Source of the DNA: Pyrinomonadaceae bacterium | GTDB lineage: Bacteria > Acidobacteriota > Blastocatellia > Pyrinomonadales > Pyrinomonadaceae | DNA: 60,034 nt | Direction of reading: 5' to 3' | Assembly (NCBI GenBank): GCA_036375155.1 | Contig: DASUSJ010000296.1 | Coordinates: 1 to 60,034, forward strand | In this document: in pieces, positions 17,036-26,425 of the stretch | Numbering within the stretch: position 1 is the first letter of the stretch | Layout: each line of letters begins with the position of its first letter | Program-made: the position numbers and the translations under genes | The notes under the pieces: generated by a model | Database searches by the model: none | Told to the model about the DNA's origin: nothing | What the model saw: only the letters and a program-made list of their open reading frames with translations

Positions 17036-19027
17036 ATGTCCAGACCATACAGAACTGTCCTCGCGGCCGCTGCGTTCGTACTTCTCTTTACTTCCCTTTC
17101 ATTCAGCCAGAATCGCCCGACACAACAAAGCGATGCGGAGCTGCGCGAGCGGCGGCATGCGATCGAGGCGGAGTTGCAGTCGCTGGCGGTCGTCGAGCGG
17201 AAGGTGATGGTGCCGATGCGGGATGGGGTAACGATGCAGGCGGATATCTACATCCCCAAGGGACGTGGGACCAGGGAAAAGGGACAAGGAACTGAAGAAA
17301 GGTTCCCGATCATCTTTTCGCGGACGCCTTATAACTTTAACTGGTGGGATGTCCGGCTCGGGGCTCCTCGCGATATGACGACGGTGCTCGATGCCATCAA
17401 GCGTGGATATGCGTATGTGATCATGAATGAGCGGGGACATTTCTTTAGCGAGGGCAATTACGACATTCTCGGGCCGCCGATCACCGACGGCGAGGACGCG
17501 ATCAAATATCTGACGAAGCAGAAATGGTCGAATGGAAAGCTCGGCACGATAGGGTGTTCGTCGACCGCCGAATGGCAGATGGCGGTCGCGGCTCAAAACG
17601 TGCCGGGATATGCGGCGATGATCGCTCAGGGATTCGGCGCGGGTGTCGGACGCGTCGGGCCTTATTACGAGCAGGGCAACTGGTATCGCGGTGGTGCCGT
17701 GCAGATGCTCTTTATCGCGTGGCTTTACGGGCAGCAGAATCAGGTTCGTCCGATGTTTCCGGCGGGTACGTCGCAGGAAGATCTGATCCGCGCTTCGAAG
17801 GCGTTCGACCTGGCTCAACAGCTTCCACCTGTCGATTGGTCAAAGGCACTTCGTCATCTACCGACGATGGACATCATGAAAGCGATCGACGCGCCGAAAG
17901 GAATTTTCGCCGACGAGATGCCTGTCGCGACCGGCGGGGCGATGATCAAACGCATGCCGAACGATCCGGCGTGGTACAAGGGTGGGCTCTTTCACGACAA
18001 CATGCGGATCAACATTCCGGGCTTTTGGTTCATGTCATGGTACGACGTCTCGACGGGTCCGAATCTCGCGCTCTACAATCACGTGCGGAAGACGGCCCGG
18101 CCCGAGATCGCCGACAAGCAGTACGCAGTGATCGCACCGGTACTCCATTGCAGCTACACGCGTGCAACTGAGAATACCGTCGTCGGCGAGCGCAGCATGG
18201 GCGATGCGCGTTTGAATTACAGCGAGCTGACCTACGGCTGGTTCGACTATTTCCTCAAGGGTCACACCGAGGGTAACGACATCACGAAATGGCCAAAGGT
18301 GCGCTACTTCACGATGGGCTCGAACAAGTGGCAGGAGTCGGAACAGTGGCCGCCACGCGGCGCCGAGCCGATGAAGTTCTATCTCTCAAGCGGCGGCAAA
18401 GCGAATTCGCTGAACGGCGACGGCCGCCTGACTGCCGCACCGCCCGCGAACGACACACCGGACAGTTTTCCTTACGATCCGATGAACCCCGTTCCTTCCT
18501 ACGGCGGGAATGTCTGCTGCACCGGCAACGCGGTGCAGGGCGGCTCGTTCGACCAGACGAAGATGGAACAGCGGGATGACATCCTGGTCTATACCTCCGA
18601 GCCGTTTAAGGACGGCACCGAGCTTTCGGGTCCGATCGATGTGACGCTATACGTATCGTCGGATGCGAAGGACACCGACTTTACCGTAAAGCTCATCGTC
18701 GTCGATGAGAACGGCAAGGCATGGAATCTCGACGAAACCATCCAGCGGATGCGGTACCGCGACGGATACGATAAACCCCTCGTGTGGATGGAACCCGGCA
18801 AGATCTACAAGGTCGCGTTCCAGCCGATGACCACGAGCAACTATTTCGCTCCGGGCCAGCGACTTCGGATCGAAGTCTCGAGCTCAAACTTCCCCCGCTT
18901 CGATCGCAACATGAACACCGGCGGCCGGAATTATGACGAGACCAAGGGCGTCATCGCGCACAATAAGGTCCATCACTCGAAACAGTACCCGGCGGAGGTT
19001 ACGATCTCGGTGGTGAGACGGAGATAG
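17036..19027 (+). CDS. CocE/NonD family hydrolase (S15 X-Pro dipeptidyl-peptidase-like), secreted
   Basis: A signal peptide is present. Family-type motifs are [32 protein letters not shown], and [16 protein letters not shown] in the C-terminal beta-sandwich. Confidence 0.9.
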   Translation: MSRPYRTVLAAAAFVLLFTSLSFSQNRPTQQSDAELRERRHAIEAELQSLAVVERKVMVPMRDGVTMQADIYIPKGRGTREKGQGTEERFPIIFSRTPYNFNWWDVRLGAPRDMTTVLDAIKRGYAYVIMNERGHFFSEGNYDILGPPITDGEDAIKYLTKQKWSNGKLGTIGCSSTAEWQMAVAAQNVPGYAAMIAQGFGAGVGRVGPYYEQGNWYRGGAVQMLFIAWLYGQQNQVRPMFPAGTSQEDLIRASKAFDLAQQLPPVDWSKALRHLPTMDIMKAIDAPKGIFADEMPVATGGAMIKRMPNDPAWYKGGLFHDNMRINIPGFWFMSWYDVSTGPNLALYNHVRKTARPEIADKQYAVIAPVLHCSYTRATENTVVGERSMGDARLNYSELTYGWFDYFLKGHTEGNDITKWPKVRYFTMGSNKWQESEQWPPRGAEPMKFYLSSGGKANSLNGDGRLTAAPPANDTPDSFPYDPMNPVPSYGGNVCCTGNAVQGGSFDQTKMEQRDDILVYTSEPFKDGTELSGPIDVTLYVSSDAKDTDFTVKLIVVDENGKAWNLDETIQRMRYRDGYDKPLVWMEPGKIYKVAFQPMTTSNYFAPGQRLRIEVSSSNFPRFDRNMNTGGRNYDETKGVIAHNKVHHSKQYPAEVTISVVRRR

Positions 19028-19037
19028 TTCACAATTA

Positions 19038-19055
19038 GGGCTCAGCCCCTTTTTC
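19038..19055 (+). terminator. Weak intrinsic terminator candidate
   Basis: gggc-tca-gccc is followed by cttttt, 11 nt after the stop codon. The stem is only 4-5 bp. Confidence 0.3.
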
Positions 19056-19099
19056 TGCGAGCAAGAATTGGAAGGCGAAATCACCCTAACATCGGGCGC

Positions 19100-19160
19100 T
19101 CTTCGTTCGTGTGGTTAGTGTGATTCGTGGTCACGGTTTTGAACCACGAAGCGCACGCAG
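19100..19160. repeat. TTCGTG-family hairpin, short copy
   Basis: cttcgttcgtgtggttagtgtgattcgtggtcacggttttgaaccacgaagcgcacg. Confidence 0.75.
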
Positions 19161-19167
19161 TCCCGTC

Positions 19168-19268
19168 GATTTCGTGTTCTTTTTCGCGTGGTTTCGTGTG
19201 AGTTAGTGGTTCCAAATATTCGGCGACCACCTGGAACCACTAACTCAACACGAAACCACACGAAGCAA
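19168..19268. repeat. TTCGTG-family hairpin, full copy
   Basis: gatttcgtgttctttttcgcgtggtttcgtgtgagttagtggttcc-aaatattcggcgaccacct-ggaaccactaactcaacacgaaaccacacgaagc. Confidence 0.9.
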
Positions 19269-19308
19269 CAGGAAGGCGCTCTATCATTCATTATCGGCGT
19301 CGCGGCGT

Positions 19309-20211
19309 TCATTTTAGTTGACGCTTTAGAAATTGAAGCATTCGCTCTTTAGCCAGGGCTGCCGCTTCGGGGTTATAGTTTCGGCGGGTGTAGTCACAAA
19401 AACCGTGACCGGCGCCTTCGTAGTAGAAGATCTCTGAAGGTGTCTTTTGTTTCTTTAGTGCCTGTTCGAAGCGACGTACATCCTCGACCGGTATGGCAGC
19501 GTCCGCCGTTCCGTAGTGGCCCTGTATGGGAGTCTTCAAGCTTCCCACAATATCCATCAGATTTGGTTTCGGGTCGTTCGGGTTTTGATATTGCGGTTGC
19601 AGGATTGGCGGTGCGTAAAAGGCGACAACCGCGCTGATGTCCTTTGAACGGCTTGAAAGCAACAGACTCTGATAACCACCGCCGCAGAAACCCACCATCC
19701 CGACAGTTGTCCCCCGCACGTAAGGTTCGGATCTGAGAAACTCGATAGCGGCACGAGCGTCTCGAAGCTCCTGCTCGTTAAAGGTATTGCTGAGATAGCG
19801 CTGGTCTTCGCGATCCGAGCGGTTTAGTTCCGCGATGGTTAGATCCGGAGTGCGTGAAAAACGCCGGACCGCGAGGCCGACAAATCCGGCCTGCCCCAGC
19901 TGGGCGGCCGTATAACGGTGATCTTCGGGCAAAAACAGATTTCCGTGCAGCACAACTACGGCCCGGTAACGGCCTTTTTGACGTGGGCGAGCGAGATAGC
20001 CTTCGATCGTGTCGGGCCCGCTCTTGAAAGACACCGCGTTCTGAATAACATTCCCATCGGTCAGCGCCCCGGTCGGGGGCTGCGGCGGCTGTTGAGCCGA
20101 AGTCTTTAGCCCAAGCGCAGCGCCGACAACTGCCACGGTCGCTCCCGTAAGAAATGATCGCCGCTCAGTGTCAACATTCTCGTCTTCGATGCAGCTTTCA
20201 GTTGTGCACAT
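19309..20211 (-). CDS. Dienelactone hydrolase family protein with a twin-arginine (Tat) signal
   Basis: The Tat signal is ERRSFLTGATVAVVGAALGL. Family motifs are VVVLHGN, GMVGFCGGG (nucleophile elbow), HYGTAD and YEGAGHGF. GGAG lies 5 nt upstream of the ATG. Confidence 0.9.
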   Translation of the reverse strand: MCTTESCIEDENVDTERRSFLTGATVAVVGAALGLKTSAQQPPQPPTGALTDGNVIQNAVSFKSGPDTIEGYLARPRQKGRYRAVVVLHGNLFLPEDHRYTAAQLGQAGFVGLAVRRFSRTPDLTIAELNRSDREDQRYLSNTFNEQELRDARAAIEFLRSEPYVRGTTVGMVGFCGGGYQSLLLSSRSKDISAVVAFYAPPILQPQYQNPNDPKPNLMDIVGSLKTPIQGHYGTADAAIPVEDVRRFEQALKKQKTPSEIFYYEGAGHGFCDYTRRNYNPEAAALAKERMLQFLKRQLK

Positions 20212-20219
20212 ACCACTCC

Positions 20220-20250
20220 ATTTTGGATTTTAGATTTTGGATTCTGGATG
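20220..20250. repeat. Heptamer array abutting the ribosome-binding site of the 19309-20211 gene
   Basis: attttggattttagattttggattctggatg. On the gene strand this reads ccaaaatctaaaatccaaaat, directly followed by GGAGTGGTATG. Confidence 0.85.
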
Positions 20251-20380
20251 CAGAAAAGGACGATTCATCGTGGAAATCTTTGTTGCCGCCTTCAGAGCTT
20301 TCAGTTAATAAACACCGTACGATGGGGATTTATAACAAGGAAGGAGAAAAACACTGCACTCGCATTTTGCGGAGACAGTG

Positions 20381-20436
20381 AGTATCCGCGACGGTTTTTT
20401 CTAAGGCGGACCAGACGCATGAGGCGGATTCGTCGT
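20381..20436. repeat. GCGGAT module with a short inverse arm
   Basis: agtatccgcgacgg-tttttt-ctaaggcggaccagacgcatgaggcggattcgtcg. Confidence 0.7.
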
Positions 20437-20488
20437 CATAGTTTTAAGGCACTAAGCGACGAAGTCAACTTGTAAATTGAGTACCTTC

Positions 20489-20655
20489 CTGTTTCGTGCT
20501 CTTTTTCGTGTGATTGTATGTTCGGAAAGCTGTTTTCTTTTCGTGTTGTTTCGTGTGGTTCGTGGTTTGCCTTGTAAAACCTAACCACCAAAACACACGC
20601 AACGAGCCGACATCACAAACATCAAAGTACACGAAACACAGGAAACAATACGAAG
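20489..20655. repeat. Nested double hairpin of the TTCGTG family
   Basis: The outer arms are cctgtttcgtgctctttttcgtgtgattg and acatcaaagtacacgaaacacagg. The inner arms are ttttcgtgttgtttcgtgtggttcgtggttt and aacctaaccaccaaaacacacgcaacgag. Confidence 0.85.
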
Positions 20656-20743
20656 ATGTTCAAACATTGCATTTATCCGGCGCTTCCCGCGAGGCCTGGA
20701 GTACAATAGGAAACTACTTCAAATACAGTAAGGAGGAATCAGA

Positions 20744-21754
20744 ATGCAGAACCTCCGCAGAATATCTTGGCAAGTAGTTCTCAGTATCGCGGTGGTGTGC
20801 TTGCTCGCGGCGTCAGCGGTCGGTCATCCGGGATCGGGGATCCTGGTGGACCGGCTGGGACAGGTTTATTTCATCGACACGGGGTCCGGTTTGTGGAAGA
20901 TCGATGCACGAGGAGGGGTTAGCCATCTTTCGCCGCTGCGCAACCATTGGCTGGCGATGGATCCTAATGACCGGTTCACGCAGTCGCGAGTGCCGACGGA
21001 TCCGGGGCGCGATTGGGTGATAACTCCGGCCGGATCGAACCCGACAATACTCATCTCCACCGACTTTTCACTCGTCATAGGCGAGGATGGGAATCTTTAT
21101 CATCCGTCCGCTCGTGAAAGCAACGTTCGAATATTGCGAAGCAGTCCGGAAGGTCGAACGTCCACATTTGTCACGCTTCCCCGCTCGGTGGCGGGCGAAG
21201 CGCTGGGTTGGATAAACGGGCTCGCGACCGGTCCCAATGGTTCGATCTACTATACCGAGGACAATGCCGTTCGCCGGATAACCGCGAAGGGAGCGGTCTC
21301 GACGATCGCGACGGTCACGGCTCTTACAGGGAGACCCGCAACGCCCGGGAGCGAGGAGCGACCCTACCTTCGCGGGTTGAAGGTGGACGGCAACGGCACC
21401 GTGTATGTCGCCGACGCTGCTGATGCCCGGGTGTTTAAGATCACGCCGGACGGTAAAGTCACGACCGTGCTCCAACTTGAGAGCCCGTGGGCACCTACTG
21501 ACGTCGCTATCTTCGGCGACCTCGTGTATGTGCTGGAGTATAGCCACACGCCGGGCGACGACCGGCTCGAATGGATGCCCCGCGTGCGGAAGATGACCGC
21601 GGACGGCAAGTCGACCATTATCCTAACAGTTGATCAGATGCCCGGTGCCCGCGCAAGCAAGCCCTCGGCGTCGCTGTCTTACAACTATCTTTCGGTAGAG
21701 TTTTTCGATCTGCTGTTGCGTTCCCTTCTTCTTTTTGGGCCTAGATCCGTTTGA
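20744..21754 (+). CDS. Secreted NHL/SMP-30-like beta-propeller repeat protein
   Basis: AGGAGG lies upstream and a signal-like N-terminus is present. Repeats include GPNGSIYYTEDNAVRRI, DGNGTVYVADAADARVFKITPDGKV and GDLVYVLE. Confidence 0.75.
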   Translation: MQNLRRISWQVVLSIAVVCLLAASAVGHPGSGILVDRLGQVYFIDTGSGLWKIDARGGVSHLSPLRNHWLAMDPNDRFTQSRVPTDPGRDWVITPAGSNPTILISTDFSLVIGEDGNLYHPSARESNVRILRSSPEGRTSTFVTLPRSVAGEALGWINGLATGPNGSIYYTEDNAVRRITAKGAVSTIATVTALTGRPATPGSEERPYLRGLKVDGNGTVYVADAADARVFKITPDGKVTTVLQLESPWAPTDVAIFGDLVYVLEYSHTPGDDRLEWMPRVRKMTADGKSTIILTVDQMPGARASKPSASLSYNYLSVEFFDLLLRSLLLFGPRSV

Positions 21755-21793
21755 TTTTCTGGCCTGCTGTGGAGTAAATCTCAAAACCCAACA

Positions 21794-21846
21794 ACATTCG
21801 CAAGTCAGGAGCGCGGGGCAGGCGCGCCTTCCTGACTTGCGAATGT
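21794..21846. terminator. Strong stem-loop between convergent genes; a bidirectional terminator candidate
   Basis: A perfect 17-bp stem pairs acattcgcaagtcagga (21794-21810) with tcctgacttgcgaatgt (21830-21846). The GC-rich loop has a nested stem, gcgcg...cgcgc. There is no clean T-run. Confidence 0.55.
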
Positions 21847-21874
21847 CGTTTGCGCTGTACAGAAACCTCGACGG

Positions 21875-21908
21875 AATCCCAAATCCCAAATCCGAATTCC
21901 CAAATACC
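21875..21908. repeat. Heptamer array, (CCCAAAT)n on the plus strand
   Basis: aatcccaaatcccaaatccgaattcccaaatacc ends 3 nt from the stop of the minus-strand M14 gene. It is G/T-rich on that gene's sense strand. Confidence 0.85.
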
Positions 21909-21910
21909 GA

Positions 21911-24865
21911 TCATTGTTCCTCGTCTGGTCTCGGCGTGCCCGCCGGCCTTGCGGGTTCGGTACGGCCGACGCCGAGGTGGTCGTAGTTTAGGATCGCGTT
22001 GAACAGCAGCGAAAAACTTCCGTGCGTTTCGTGGCGCCACATGGGGTTGTTAGCGAACATAACGACGTGGCCGCGGCCGACGGGGACATCGACTATGGCG
22101 GCCTTACCGGTTAGCTCGGACGCTCCGGTTAGCATTCCGCTGACGAAAAGTTCTTTCTCCGGAGCGAACCGCAGAACTACGCGCGGCCGCATCTCGAGAG
22201 GCGGAATCGTACTTGGATCTGGTGTCGGCGTTGGCAGTGTAAGATCGGGGGGCGTGCGGCCCTGAACGACATCGGGATCATCGATGCTTCCCCGGCCGCT
22301 CGGACGTTCGCCCGGTGCAGGCGTTTGGCCGCCAGCACCTCCGCCGCCTTGCCCGATAGCGGCGACGTTGAGCAGTGGCGTTTGATTGAAATACACAGCC
22401 AACTTCTCATCGTACCCGTACGAGATCGGACTTTTGCGATCAGCAAAGACAGTGTTGAGGACCGATCCGCGTGCCTGGAACTGCTGGGCTGTCTGGATCG
22501 TCACACCGGATGTAATCCCGAAATCTATGGGCAGCGAGGCGTTGTCGGCGACGGTGATAAACAGACCCCCGCTCTGGATGAACGCGTGCAAGTTAGCGAC
22601 CCCCTGGATGCCGAGTCCGCCGCGAATATCGTCTGTCTGATCAGGCGAGCGTCCGAAGTTGGGCGTGATGTCGGATTGCTTCCATGGGATCGGACCCTCG
22701 CTTTCGCTGAACTTCGGCACACCACGAACGATATTCTGCGCACTCGTACGGATCGGCCCGAAGATGATCACGTCATATTTATCCCGGAGATCGGCCGTGC
22801 GCCCAATGGTCTGGTCCGATACGTAATCGTAGGGAATACCGAGGCGGTCGAACTCGATGCGAAACCAGCCTTCGTCCTGCGTGTTGAGCCATGTGTGAAC
22901 AAGCGCGACTCTCGGCACGCCGATCGGATGCGCCGCAACATCAGGAATCTTGCCAACCGACGTAACATTCAAGCCCAGATCGAGCGCTTCTTTCTTTACG
23001 CGATCGACGAAATCTGAGGGATTACCTTCCTTCCTGATGATGTAGGAACCCGCATTAAAGTTTTTATCGCCGATCTTGAACGACGATTCAGCCGACGAGA
23101 ATTTGACGTCCTTCAAACGATATCTAAGTTGTGCGATCGCGCTTTCGCCTGTGTGATTGACGACGAGGCCTGCGTCGCCGGAACCTTCGGCCTTCGCCTG
23201 CGCTTTGATCGGCCCTTTCGTCATGGTCATCTTCGCATCGAGGATTTTCGTGTCCTTGACGCGGACCGTCTTGACATTGTGCAGCGGCCCAAGCGTCCAG
23301 CCCGTATCGTCATACGGCCGTGGATCGCTGATGCTGTAGTACTGGGTATCGAGCAGCATATCGGCCATGCGCGAATAAGGCTGATCCATTCGTACGACAT
23401 AGCTTCCGGCGCCAAACTTCCCTTCCTTGGTTTCGATATCGCCGTTCAGGCGCTGGATCTCGATGCCCTGCAGTTTTAGAACGTTGAGCAGCTCCGCCTG
23501 ACCTGCCGGACGCGTCTCGCTCGCCGGTAGAACATAGGCGGCAGGACCTTCGGTTCGAGCCTTTGCGACGGAGCGTTTGCTCTTCAGATAGAAGTTGTTC
23601 AGGTATTTTTCCTTGTTGTTCGCAACATGATTCATCGCGAGAAGCAGAGCGCTCTGCTGCAGGTTTACATTATTGCGAAGCGACCAGTTCACACGCGGCA
23701 GTGGCGGGTTTGGGCGAAACCAGGCACGGGTAGTTTGCGCTCCGACGCTGCGAACCAGCGTATCCGCGCCTCCGTTGCCAAACGTTTCATAAAACCGGCC
23801 GATCGAGTTGTGGCCGTTGGCAACATAAAACATATAATTCGGCGCCCAGCCGTCATAGAATCCGTGTGTCCATACACCCGGCACACCACGCTTCGTCATT
23901 TCCTCCACCTCGTGGTACGCAAGCGTCTGCCACTCGTCGATAACGATCGGGTCGAGCCATGCGTTGTAAGGGCCGGTACCTGTCGATGTGTAGAGAAATG
24001 GAACCGATTCGTGTAAGTCGTGAAGAACCGTCGGGTGAAAATCGAGAAAATGCGCCATTTGATTTCGCGACAGAACGAGTGCCATCCCGAGCGCATCGCG
24101 GTTGTTATCATGCGCGACGTACTTTCCCCAGTAGATCAAGCCGGGGGAACGCTTGCCCTGGTTAGCCTTTCGATAATTGTAGAGATCGACCATGGCGTCC
24201 CGACCGTCGACTTCGAGTGTCGGAGTGATCATGATGATGGCGTTCTTTCGGATCTCCTGTATAAAAGGCGTTTCCTCAACCGCGAGTCGATACGCTAATT
24301 CCATCAACATCTCAGGTGAGCCTGTCTCCGGTGAATGGATCGAACCCGAGGCCCAGTAGATCGCTTTCCCTTCAGAAACGAGCTGCCGTGCCAGCTCGTC
24401 ATTGATGGTCCTGGGGTCCGCGAGCTTGGCGGTGATCTCTTTATACCGATTTAGTTTCGCGAGGTTTGCTTCGTCCGAAACGACGATCAACATCTGCTCT
24501 CGGCCCTGCTCACTCTTTTCCGGCGAGATAAATGTGCGGACGCGGCGCGACGACTTTTCGAGCTCACGATAATAACGATATTGATCGGCCGTGTATGTAA
24601 GCCTGTTCGGGGTGCCGATCGGGTAGCCAAGGATCTTCGCCGGGCTCGGCACCTTCGCCGACAGTGGCAGATGGTCAACCAGCTCGGTGAGGAACATTTT
24701 GTCCGTCGTGTTCTTGACGATGGAATCGGTGTAGTCCCGATCGATCGGCTGTGTGAGTTTGCCGGCGGGTTTGGCGGAGGCTGTCGTGTTTTTCAGAGCC
24801 GGCCCCTGAGCGAGCGCTGTGACAGACAAGATGAGTAACAAGGTTGCGGGAACGAAGCGGTTCAT
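21911..24865 (-). CDS. Large secreted M14-family zinc carboxypeptidase-like protein (984 aa)
   Basis: A signal peptide is present. GSIHSPETGSPEMLMELAYRL carries the HxxE zinc motif. Other family-type motifs are ITPTLEVDGRD and HDNNRD. A Gly/Pro-rich linker lies near the C-terminus. Confidence 0.88.
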   Translation of the reverse strand: MNRFVPATLLLILSVTALAQGPALKNTTASAKPAGKLTQPIDRDYTDSIVKNTTDKMFLTELVDHLPLSAKVPSPAKILGYPIGTPNRLTYTADQYRYYRELEKSSRRVRTFISPEKSEQGREQMLIVVSDEANLAKLNRYKEITAKLADPRTINDELARQLVSEGKAIYWASGSIHSPETGSPEMLMELAYRLAVEETPFIQEIRKNAIIMITPTLEVDGRDAMVDLYNYRKANQGKRSPGLIYWGKYVAHDNNRDALGMALVLSRNQMAHFLDFHPTVLHDLHESVPFLYTSTGTGPYNAWLDPIVIDEWQTLAYHEVEEMTKRGVPGVWTHGFYDGWAPNYMFYVANGHNSIGRFYETFGNGGADTLVRSVGAQTTRAWFRPNPPLPRVNWSLRNNVNLQQSALLLAMNHVANNKEKYLNNFYLKSKRSVAKARTEGPAAYVLPASETRPAGQAELLNVLKLQGIEIQRLNGDIETKEGKFGAGSYVVRMDQPYSRMADMLLDTQYYSISDPRPYDDTGWTLGPLHNVKTVRVKDTKILDAKMTMTKGPIKAQAKAEGSGDAGLVVNHTGESAIAQLRYRLKDVKFSSAESSFKIGDKNFNAGSYIIRKEGNPSDFVDRVKKEALDLGLNVTSVGKIPDVAAHPIGVPRVALVHTWLNTQDEGWFRIEFDRLGIPYDYVSDQTIGRTADLRDKYDVIIFGPIRTSAQNIVRGVPKFSESEGPIPWKQSDITPNFGRSPDQTDDIRGGLGIQGVANLHAFIQSGGLFITVADNASLPIDFGITSGVTIQTAQQFQARGSVLNTVFADRKSPISYGYDEKLAVYFNQTPLLNVAAIGQGGGGAGGQTPAPGERPSGRGSIDDPDVVQGRTPPDLTLPTPTPDPSTIPPLEMRPRVVLRFAPEKELFVSGMLTGASELTGKAAIVDVPVGRGHVVMFANNPMWRHETHGSFSLLFNAILNYDHLGVGRTEPARPAGTPRPDEEQ

Positions 24866-25080
24866 ACGTTTCTCCTGCGGAGGACTGTGATTGCAATCGG
24901 AAATAAGAAAGCGATTTGGAAGTTATATTGTATCAGCGAAGGCGTTTCAAGGAGTGACGGGCCATCGGCTCCTGGCCGCGGTTCTGGCGGTCGGTCACCG
25001 AGGCCGGTCGGTAAACTTCGGGACACGATCAGGATTGCACCGTAGTAGCTAGTACCGTTCGCGTAAACGAATGGGTCTTT

Positions 25081-25110
25081 AATCCAAAATCCAAAATCGA
25101 AATCCAAATC
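25081..25110. repeat. Heptamer array, (CCAAAAT)n
   Basis: aatccaaaatccaaaatcgaaatccaaatc lies downstream of the minus-strand gene 25252-25953 and is G/T-rich in that gene's sense orientation. Confidence 0.85.
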
Positions 25111-25251
25111 TCTTCCCGGACGGGGTGGTGAACCGGCCGAACAGCCGGAAGCTATTTTCGCCGCTGCGTATAAGAGCAGGTAGCGATTCCGTCCAACGGC
25201 CGAGACCTTTTTTTGGCTGATTCACCACGCCGGCTCGCATTTCGGAGTTCA

Positions 25252-25953
25252 TCACCGTTTTTTCGGCTGGGTCTTGAAGGCGAGTCGCAGAAGCTCCGTT
25301 TGCTGCCCGCCATTTTTATCTGAGGCAAATTGTTTTGACTGATCGGGCGGGAGCCAGAATGTTTCTCCTTTTGAAGAATGACCGGCGCCCGCGACGACGA
25401 CTATGAGGGACGGCTCAGGTGATGCGGAGATATCAAGCACGGCGCCCGGCCGGGCAATGATCCGCGTGACGCGAAGCTGAGAATTCTCAAACTCCACTTT
25501 GCTGACACCGGATTTCCGGTCCCCGGCGAACGGCGCAAAGCGGCCGCTGAGCGACCGGCGGTCGGGAGCCTCAGTCTTTATCTCTATCCGTAGGAATTCG
25601 CTTGTCAGATCGCCTGTGTTCTCCACCGCGTGCGTCTCATTCTCAAACCGAGTCGGTGACAGCCGGAAGCTTCCGGCGCGCGTCGCAGGACGTATAAGAA
25701 CAGGATGTTCCCAGCCGCTGTGAACAAAGCGGATCGGGCCGCTGTCGGATAGATATACATAGGCGGCCGGAAAACGCGAATGATCGTGAACGGGCACTTT
25801 TGAGTGCGGCGGATACGTGACGCGAAGTACCTTCACGAACTCGTTATCAAACTGCAGCCTGTAAGAATCAGGCGCTGTCTTTGTGGGGTCTTGCGGTGCA
25901 ACAGTAATGGAAAGAAAAAGCAGTGGTGTGAGGAAACCGAAAACAGATCTCAT
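25252..25953 (-). CDS. Secreted hypothetical protein, possibly bicupin-like
   Basis: A signal peptide is present. VTYPPHSKVPVHDHSRFPAAYVYLSD resembles a cupin metal motif. The family label is tentative. Confidence 0.65.
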   Translation of the reverse strand: MRSVFGFLTPLLFLSITVAPQDPTKTAPDSYRLQFDNEFVKVLRVTYPPHSKVPVHDHSRFPAAYVYLSDSGPIRFVHSGWEHPVLIRPATRAGSFRLSPTRFENETHAVENTGDLTSEFLRIEIKTEAPDRRSLSGRFAPFAGDRKSGVSKVEFENSQLRVTRIIARPGAVLDISASPEPSLIVVVAGAGHSSKGETFWLPPDQSKQFASDKNGGQQTELLRLAFKTQPKKR

Positions 25954-26425
25954 AAGAGTTAAATTCTATTTCAAAGAAACCGCGATCTCCAGATCCCCTG
26001 CTGCGTCAGCGTTAATCCGAACCTAGCCGTCGCATTTGGCCGCGGAACGTACGCTCAAGCCGCGGCATTAGTCGAATTCGCCTGCGTCCCTTGGCGCAAC
26101 GAATTCCGAGGACGGCCTACCCGCAGCCTTGTCTTTGTTTGCATCACCGGTGGCACACCGACAACCTGGAATCCAGACCTTCATACGCGGTTCAAATTGG
26201 GATCCACAATCTAAATTCCAAGATCGCTCAACACGTGGTCACCAGCGAAACCAACTGTTGCTACTACGGTTGAGGGCATGTCATGGTCCGCAATACTGTC
26301 GCTATAGAGAGGTCGGCATTCATCGGGAACAAATCGTACGGACGAGTGTCTAAACGCTTACTTGCAAGAAGCGATCGCCCGGTGCGTTCTTGATCGGACC
26401 TTAAAACTAACTTTGGAGATGCGTC

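Noticed and set aside
26170-26200. tRNA-like T-arm (gcggttcaaattggg)
   Set aside because: There is no matching acceptor stem or anticodon arm, and the T-loop consensus GGTTCGAATCC is not met. I found no tRNA in the window.
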